Source of the DNA: Akkermansiaceae bacterium
GTDB lineage: Bacteria; Verrucomicrobiota; Verrucomicrobiia; Verrucomicrobiales; Akkermansiaceae
Direction: 5' to 3'
Assembly (NCBI GenBank): GCA_051251915.1
Contig: JBPOGF010000017.1
Location: 1-64,000 of the forward strand
Length of the DNA stretch: 64,000 nt
Shown: positions 57,702-64,000 of the stretch, piece after piece
Layout: every line of letters starts with the position of its first letter
Numbering within the stretch: position 1 is the stretch's first letter
Translations under genes and position numbers: made by a program
The notes under the pieces: generated by a model
Databases searched by the model: none
The model's input: only the letters and a program-made list of their open reading frames with translations
What the model was told of the DNA's origin: nothing

Positions 57702-58613
57702 ATGTCAGTCGATAAACTCAAGTTACTTCACCAGCGTTTAACAGAAAAAGTTCTCGGCGCAGAACAGCCCGCAACTCTTCTCATGACCGCGCTACTGGCA
57801 AAAGGTCATGCTCTTATCGAAGGTGCTCCGGGTATAGGGAAGACATCGATAGCGCAGACTTTGGCGTCTTGTTTTGGTGGTGAATTTAAGCGAATTCAGT
57901 TCACTCCGGATCTTCTTCCGTCAGACATTTTAGGCTATCACCTTTATAAACAGAACAGTGGGGAATTTGAGTTTATTCCTGGGCCAGTTTTTTCTAACTT
58001 GTTGCTAGCTGATGAAATCAACCGGACTTCTCCCCGGGTTCAAGCCGCATTGTTAGAAGCGATGAATGAAGCTCAAGTCACTATTGATGGTAAGACTATT
58101 GCTTTGGATTCTCCGTTTTGTGTGATTGCCACTCAGAATGATACGTCATCAACTGGGACGTTCCCGTTGCCGGAGCCGCAGTTGGATCGTTTTCTACTGT
58201 CGATTCCGATGTCGCTGCCTAGCCGGAGTATTCAGGAGAGTATCATTTTATCTCAGCATGCCCGGGTTGCGACTGGAGAGCAGGAGGCCTTTTTGAGCGT
58301 GGAGGATATAGTGAGAGAGCAGGAGAAATGCTTGTCTATTCAGCTTTCAGAGACTCTCTCTGGTTATATCATTGCGCTGTGCGAAAGTGTTCGTCAGTTG
58401 GCCGCTAATCCGCATGCTGTTTCCATCCGTGGTTCCATAGCCTTGCTTCATGCAGCTCAGGCGTATGCACATCTTCAGGAGTCAGAGTTCGTCTTGCCTG
58501 ATCATGTTCAGTTTGTATTCCCCCACGTTATGCGGCATCGGATCATCTGCGACGATGGTAGTGATCCGGAGCATATCATAGAGCAGGCGCTTCAACAGAC
58601 AGTGGTGGCTTAA
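57702..58613 (+). CDS. MoxR family AAA+ ATPase
   Basis: GAPGIGKT, RIQFTPDLLPSD, LLADEINR, ATQN, FPLPEPQLDRF. Confidence 0.95.
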   Translation: MSVDKLKLLHQRLTEKVLGAEQPATLLMTALLAKGHALIEGAPGIGKTSIAQTLASCFGGEFKRIQFTPDLLPSDILGYHLYKQNSGEFEFIPGPVFSNLLLADEINRTSPRVQAALLEAMNEAQVTIDGKTIALDSPFCVIATQNDTSSTGTFPLPEPQLDRFLLSIPMSLPSRSIQESIILSQHARVATGEQEAFLSVEDIVREQEKCLSIQLSETLSGYIIALCESVRQLAANPHAVSIRGSIALLHAAQAYAHLQESEFVLPDHVQFVFPHVMRHRIICDDGSDPEHIIEQALQQTVVA

Positions 58614-58620
58614 TCTGATC

Positions 58621-59769
58621 ATGAGGAAATTTTCCACCAAGCTAGCTCCACGAGGCGCGTTCTGTCTAGGGATTGCTGTGGGCTTGTCTATGGCGGGGGG
58701 GCTGTTAGGAGATGGGGTTCTGATTACGCTCGGTTTGTCGGCTGTGACTTTGATGTTGTGTTGTTATTTATTAGGGAGAAGTAATTTATCGAAGTTAGAG
58801 GCAGACGTTTCACTGCCGCATAAATGTCATGCCAATAAAGTCTATAAGCCGCAAGTGGTGATCCGCAATAACCGTTCAATGTTAGATGCGTTTCATGTGA
58901 AGCTTTATCTCGCCTTTCCACACGGTGCAGTGCTAGGTAGCCAGTCAGCTTGGGTTCCGGCTCGATCATTGGCTAGCGCTGGTATTCCGATACGAATTCC
59001 GATGCGGGCTTCGAGTTTGGAACATCCTTATAAATTCAGCTCTACGTTTCCACTGGGGCTTTTTCGTTTTTCATCACGGCAGTTGCTGTCGCATCCGTTG
59101 ACTGTATATCCGCGTAGTATTATTCCGGATGAGTTATTAGACCAGGGTGTATCTGGACAATGCCATAATCCGAATCAGCAGTCTAATGTTCAGCATTCTG
59201 GAGAGCCGAGGAGCATTCGTCCTTGGCAGCCAGGTGATCCAGCGAAGAACATTCATTGGCCTGCATCCATTCGCTCGCTGGCTCATGGGCATGATCTCAG
59301 AATCCGTGAATTTGATCCTCCTGGCCTGCTTCCTGACCAAGCCACTATTATTTTTCATTCTTTTAGTTCTCAGCGAGAAATGATGCGCGAGGATGCGTTT
59401 GAGCGTGCTATTTCACTTACTGTGGGGGCGATATCGCATTTGAGAAATTTAAATATCAAGACTGAGTTGGTGTCAGACTTCATGCGCTGGAACCCGCTGT
59501 TAGCGAGAACTCGTCCTCAATATTATGAATGCCTATCTATTTTAGCTGATGCAAGGCGAGCTATCGGAACTGAGCTACATGAGTTGCAATCTGCAATAGA
59601 TAAAGTTTCCGACAAGCATCAGGTGATCATCATTTCTGATATGCCGACTGATGCATGGCTGGACCTTGTTCGCATTCCGGAAAGTGTGACTGTCATTGAT
59701 ATCCGCCAAGTGCATTTTCCCTTTAAGAAAACCATTTCAGCCAAAGAAGCTCTCTCTCAGTCTGCCTAA
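58621..59769 (+). CDS. DUF58 domain-containing membrane protein
   Basis: N-terminal TMs, FPLGLF, IRPWQPGD..KNIHW.AS, FERAIS, IISD. Confidence 0.88.
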   Translation: MRKFSTKLAPRGAFCLGIAVGLSMAGGLLGDGVLITLGLSAVTLMLCCYLLGRSNLSKLEADVSLPHKCHANKVYKPQVVIRNNRSMLDAFHVKLYLAFPHGAVLGSQSAWVPARSLASAGIPIRIPMRASSLEHPYKFSSTFPLGLFRFSSRQLLSHPLTVYPRSIIPDELLDQGVSGQCHNPNQQSNVQHSGEPRSIRPWQPGDPAKNIHWPASIRSLAHGHDLRIREFDPPGLLPDQATIIFHSFSSQREMMREDAFERAISLTVGAISHLRNLNIKTELVSDFMRWNPLLARTRPQYYECLSILADARRAIGTELHELQSAIDKVSDKHQVIIISDMPTDAWLDLVRIPESVTVIDIRQVHFPFKKTISAKEALSQSA

Positions 59770-59786
59770 AATTTTTATTCTTCCAC

Positions 59787-61571
59787 ATGCGCGCCGCTAT
59801 ACTCATTGTTAATCTCATCATCGCTTACGTTCTTCTGAGTGGGTGGCCTGAGAGCGCGCCTGTATGGTTACGTGCAGGCTTGGCGTTGGTAGTGGTGATG
59901 GTGGCGGTGCCGATGAGTGATGCTTCTAGCAAGAGTAAAAACCGTCCAAAGCTCCGCAGTTTGCGAGCGCCGAAGTGGTTGGACTACCTATACATAGGTG
60001 CGGTGATTTTCTGTATTGAGCTGTTATTGTTAGCTGTGTTCACGCTTGGACCCGAGACGACAGAGGATCTCCATGGGGATGTGAAATATTGGTTAATTAA
60101 CCAAGAGAAGCCAAGTGAGGCGACACTAGAAGCACCTGGTAAATTAAGCCATGATGGTGCAGGAAACTGGTTGTGGGATAATCATTTCAAGCGTTCTCAT
60201 CCTAAGCAAGCTAGTAAGCGACCGCCTAATAAGCCAGAGATATTCTTGGAGGTGCCTAGCGAATATAGCCAGAAATCACTAAGCAAGCATAGTATTTACC
60301 TACGAACTTTTGCACTGGATCATTTCGATGGCGATACCTGGTCGATCCATCAGCCAACCAAACATATCATTGAAAAGCCAGAGGACTCTAATATCAAGAT
60401 TTCTCCTGTGAATGGGACTTGGAGGAGTTTATTGCCACTTTATAGGCATACTATCACGCAACCTTATTACAGCAATGGGCAGAACCTGCTCACTACAATT
60501 CAAAATACGATTGATACCAATGTAGAGACACTCACTAAGGTGAGCACGGATACCTATATTTTACCACGTCCGGAGAAAGATACTTTAAATTACAGCTACA
60601 CGGCGACTTCACAGCCAATGCTGTTAGATAAGATTCTAGAGCTTGATAAAAACATTGCGGTTGGTGAGACACATAGTGTTTATCTTAGCCGTGTGAGTAA
60701 CCATAGCCTCCAGCGAAAGCTCACTGAGTTCGTGGGGGCGATCGACAAAAACTTACCTCTGGCTCAGCAGCTTTCCGTTCTTAAGAAGCTTATTAACGAC
60801 CAGTGCAGCTACTCGTTGACTATTGAAAATGAAAACGGGATCAATGCATTGGAAAATTTTCTTTTCGTGGAGAAATCTGGCTATTGTGAGTTCTACGCTT
60901 CAGCGGCTGCGATGCTTTGTAGGGAGTTAGGTATCCCTAGTCGGATTGCGTTTGGGTGGTCTGGAGGTAAGTTTTTCCAAGAATCTAACTTGTTTGTTTT
61001 CCGCTCCAAGGATGCTCATGCGTGGACAGAAATTTATCTGGAAGGCTATGGATGGGTGATCTACGACACGACGCCGCCTACTGAGAATGCCATCACTGAA
61101 TCAGGGCAAGATGAAACGCCGCCAGATCTAACAGGCATTAGCGAAGAATCAGAGGGTGATCTGTTAGATGAAGAGACTGATGACATGATGATCACTTGGT
61201 TGAAAGTCCTCATTACGATCGCGAGTCTCATTTTCCTAGTTATTACTCTGTTGCTCATTCGTAGGTTTACCCAGCCCAAGCAACGCTACAGCAGTGCCGC
61301 CTACGTCAAGCACGAGCCAAAATACCTGCAACTTTTCCAGAAGCTCTCTGCTAAGTTAGGCTATTCCGTTAAGCCCGGTCGAACCCTTATGCAAAGTGTT
61401 CAGCATCTTCAGGATCAAGAAATTGATGTTTCAGGATTAAAAGAGTTGTTAGACGAGATACTCACTTACCATTACGATACCACCTACAGAAATACCCCGA
61501 TAGATAAGTCGACTGAAAGTAGGATCACCAGTGAGCTAAGGAAAGTAATGAAGAAGGTTGAGCGCTCATAG
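59787..61571 (+). CDS. Transglutaminase-like domain membrane protein (TgpA-like)
   Basis: YLRTFALD.FDG..W; GYCEFYASA, HAWTE, YDTTP catalytic triad. Confidence 0.9.
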   Translation: MRAAILIVNLIIAYVLLSGWPESAPVWLRAGLALVVVMVAVPMSDASSKSKNRPKLRSLRAPKWLDYLYIGAVIFCIELLLLAVFTLGPETTEDLHGDVKYWLINQEKPSEATLEAPGKLSHDGAGNWLWDNHFKRSHPKQASKRPPNKPEIFLEVPSEYSQKSLSKHSIYLRTFALDHFDGDTWSIHQPTKHIIEKPEDSNIKISPVNGTWRSLLPLYRHTITQPYYSNGQNLLTTIQNTIDTNVETLTKVSTDTYILPRPEKDTLNYSYTATSQPMLLDKILELDKNIAVGETHSVYLSRVSNHSLQRKLTEFVGAIDKNLPLAQQLSVLKKLINDQCSYSLTIENENGINALENFLFVEKSGYCEFYASAAAMLCRELGIPSRIAFGWSGGKFFQESNLFVFRSKDAHAWTEIYLEGYGWVIYDTTPPTENAITESGQDETPPDLTGISEESEGDLLDEETDDMMITWLKVLITIASLIFLVITLLLIRRFTQPKQRYSSAAYVKHEPKYLQLFQKLSAKLGYSVKPGRTLMQSVQHLQDQEIDVSGLKELLDEILTYHYDTTYRNTPIDKSTESRITSELRKVMKKVERS

Positions 61572-61626
61572 TGGGGCTCATTGAGCTAGACAGTGAATCT
61601 GGATTTAGGTAGATATTTAATAATCG

Positions 61627-62970
61627 ATGCCAGAGATTAGTTTAAATTATCAATCTGCTTCAGCGCTTGTGTCAGTGAGCAATGAGTCCGAGAAAAAGAA
61701 AAAACGCCTTGAGCTTAGTCCCTCGTGTTCAGTTGAGAATAGTGCGTTTTTTCAGGGGCAGTTTAGGCATCCATTTGTATCGGCTCGGGTGCTTTCTTGT
61801 CTGAGTAGGATTATAACCAAGCGTTGGTATGATCCGGCGGAAGCGGGGATATTCCTTGATCCTATTATTACTAGTGGAAATCGGATGCTGAGGTTTGAGG
61901 GGTTTTCTGGATGTCGTTCGGTGTATGCACGGGTGGATTTTCTGCCTGATTCTTTGGACGTCGTTCACGAGCAAGCTGGTACTACAAATGTGGATTTCAA
62001 CGAGCCAATGCAGCAGGCTCTAGCTTCTGTATCTCAAGATGAACAGCTGAGTTTACAGATGGAGCAGGAGGGGATATCTGTGATTAAGTCGAGTGAGGTA
62101 ATGGTCGAGAAAAAGGTGAAGTTGCCACTTTCTTGGATCAAGGGGTTGGCTTCTATTCCTCATCTAAGTTCTAGGGTAGAGCATCAGTTTGAACTCAATA
62201 AAGCGTCAGCTCTGAGGTTCTTTCACACGTTGCCGGTCAAAGCCAATGTTCGTGATGCATACTGGATTACCCCGCATCCAGTGAGGTCAAAAGTTAGCCG
62301 AGTGAAGAGCTCTGGAGCGATCAAGGTTACTTGTACACAACGTTTGGCAGAGCTCGGAAGTATTGCGCATTTGGCTGATAAATTTACGGTTGCGTGGTCT
62401 GAGGATCAGCAGATCAGTATGTGGACATTACATTTTAAAGATATCAGGATTTCAGTGGCGATTTCCCCAGAGGTGTGGCGTGGGTTTTCTGGTGAGGGTG
62501 CTAGCTTGACTGATCTTTCGGAGTTTGATGAGGGGCTTGATGTGGATGAAATTTTGGGAAGTATAGGTGAGCCAGCTGGTGTGGAAGATATCGCGATGGC
62601 TACGGGACTGAGTGTCTCGGATACTTGTTCTGGCCTTTGTTATTTATCGGCTCAGGGATTACTTGGTTTTGACCATGTTGATCAGGTTTGGTTTCAGAGG
62701 TTATTGCCAAAAAACGAGCTACTTCTTTCTAAAACGAATCCGAGACTCGTCACGGCGAAGAAATTTTTAGAGAAGGGGGCTGTGGAAATTCTTGAAAACG
62801 GTGAGCGAGTCGTGGGGGTAGTGAACTCTAATACTAAGAATTCGTATGATGTCGTGCTCAAGGAAGATGATGATCTGCATCAATGCACTTGTTACTGGAA
62901 TAGCCATTACGGAAATAGCCGTGGCCCGTGTTCTCATATACTAGCTGTAAAACTTACCCTATTACAATGA
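61627..62970 (+). CDS. SWIM zinc finger family protein
   Basis: C-terminal CTC-x12-CSH; N-terminal DPIIT....LRFEGFSGC..VYARVD and GTTNVDFN motifs. Confidence 0.85.
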   Translation: MPEISLNYQSASALVSVSNESEKKKKRLELSPSCSVENSAFFQGQFRHPFVSARVLSCLSRIITKRWYDPAEAGIFLDPIITSGNRMLRFEGFSGCRSVYARVDFLPDSLDVVHEQAGTTNVDFNEPMQQALASVSQDEQLSLQMEQEGISVIKSSEVMVEKKVKLPLSWIKGLASIPHLSSRVEHQFELNKASALRFFHTLPVKANVRDAYWITPHPVRSKVSRVKSSGAIKVTCTQRLAELGSIAHLADKFTVAWSEDQQISMWTLHFKDIRISVAISPEVWRGFSGEGASLTDLSEFDEGLDVDEILGSIGEPAGVEDIAMATGLSVSDTCSGLCYLSAQGLLGFDHVDQVWFQRLLPKNELLLSKTNPRLVTAKKFLEKGAVEILENGERVVGVVNSNTKNSYDVVLKEDDDLHQCTCYWNSHYGNSRGPCSHILAVKLTLLQ

Positions 62971-64000
62971 TTGACCTATTATTTAACTGTGAAACCGATG
63001 AGGATGCGATCTCTTTGATACTAGCTACTGACAAAGCAGAGTTGCTTAAACTAGAGGTAATCCTGCTGGAGAAGCTGGAGGAGCATAGTTATGAGAATAG
63101 AAGAGAGCTAGATATAGAGGATAAGGTATTTGGCGCGAGACGGCGTGCTCTTGGAAAGGCGCTTTTATTGCTAGATGCGTATAAGGGATCTGAGGCAACT
63201 GAGTTTGCGGATTTCATTAGCACTACTTCTAAGGAGTTCGCAAATGCACTTTGTGATGTTAATCCGTCGTGGCTGTTACCTGAATTACAAGAAGTTGTTA
63301 GGGGGTATGATAAAATGGCAGTTGAGGTTAATAGTTCTAAATACGGCGGATCTTTTGGTCTGGGTATGTATTCTTTTACTAATAGCTTTGTGGTTCATGC
63401 TATGCGATGTTTCAGGGGGATTTACCCTTATGTTAAGAATGGTTTTCTGAAGCGTCCGGTTGATTCAATATGCTACCATAGTGAGTTGAGGGATCTTAAT
63501 ATCGGTGAAGATGGGAATTGGTTGGATAGAGCATCGGTTAGGGAAGTGCTTTTAGCTGATCCTGAGTTGGTAACGATTGATTACATACGATTAGTGGAGC
63601 TGGCGGCAAAGGAGCAGGGAGGGACTCTTGATACAGGATTAATGCGTTCTATCCATGACTTGGTAAAGGAGGAGGAAGGTCATTTCAAACGAGAGTTGCT
63701 GTGGAGTGCTTATGCGAGGGCGATGTCTGAGACGCTAGATCACGATTATTTATTACGACTTGCGTATGCGAGCATAGATTTACGAAAGGAAGGTGAGAGT
63801 GGGTTTGATAAGTCACCCATATTAGGAGCCTGTTTGAATGCTATTCCTAGGGCTAAAAATGAGCAGGTTGTAAGGGAGTTTATTGAGAAGATCGACAGCT
63901 TAGAGTTAGTGCCTGAAGACTATTTAGATCATTTTGAAAGCTGCGGTAGTGTCATAGCTTCGCCATTTGTATCTTCGGGAAAGTATGTAATCAGAGTGCT
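62967..64000 (+). CDS. large hypothetical protein, truncated by the window end (possibly DUF6493-like)
   Basis: Absent from the supplied ORF track because it has no stop. ATG 62967 overlaps the SWIM stop (ATGA). My translation MIDLLFNCETDEDAISLIL...REVLLADPELV...GKYVIRV stays open for more than 340 codons to the edge. Confidence 0.75.
   Translation, partial: MIDLLFNCETDEDAISLILATDKAELLKLEVILLEKLEEHSYENRRELDIEDKVFGARRRALGKALLLLDAYKGSEATEFADFISTTSKEFANALCDVNPSWLLPELQEVVRGYDKMAVEVNSSKYGGSFGLGMYSFTNSFVVHAMRCFRGIYPYVKNGFLKRPVDSICYHSELRDLNIGEDGNWLDRASVREVLLADPELVTIDYIRLVELAAKEQGGTLDTGLMRSIHDLVKEEEGHFKRELLWSAYARAMSETLDHDYLLRLAYASIDLRKEGESGFDKSPILGACLNAIPRAKNEQVVREFIEKIDSLELVPEDYLDHFESCGSVIASPFVSSGKYVIRV

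Noticed and set aside
903..63450. Numerous 60-175 aa ORFs antisense to or overlapping the called genes (e.g. 18675-19202, 19203-19610, 45945-46352, 26723-27121, 63175-63450)
   Set aside because: They are shadow frames of well-supported genes, have no recognisable motifs, and are favoured by the strong compositional skew.

Overview
Bacterial chromosome segment, most likely from a marine member of the Verrucomicrobiales (inferred from the PEP-CTERM proteins, PVC-type dehydrogenase fusions and the Verrucomicrobia-style C-terminal cassette). Most of it is housekeeping: argC, rplU-rpmA, tsaE, split coaB/coaC, glgA, prfA-prmC-murA, an isolated rplE-rpsH-rplF-rplR-rpsE-rplO-secY-adk-map block, rdgB, accD-folC, trhO-lspA and tRNA-Pro(GGG). 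Accessory content comprises a RAYT-type HUH transposase gene, a glycan/surface locus (GH168-like hydrolase, ThuA-like protein, SASA esterase, two PEP-CTERM proteins), a TetR(NemR-like)-OMF-MFP-RND efflux operon with visible operators, a MoxR-DUF58-transglutaminase operon, and a SWIM zinc-finger gene coupled to a large ORF that runs off the right edge. I saw no CRISPR array, rRNA, integrase or prophage. The best leads are: (1) an uncharacterised ~180-aa domain shared by a divergently transcribed esterase/PEP-CTERM pair; (2) a hairpin-sequestered SD plus 17-codon uORF before secY; (3) a recurring promoter geometry implying many leaderless mRNAs; (4) the SWIM-finger/large-ORF pair; (5) NemR-type operators on an RND pump. 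All family calls come from recognising motifs by eye. No database search was run.
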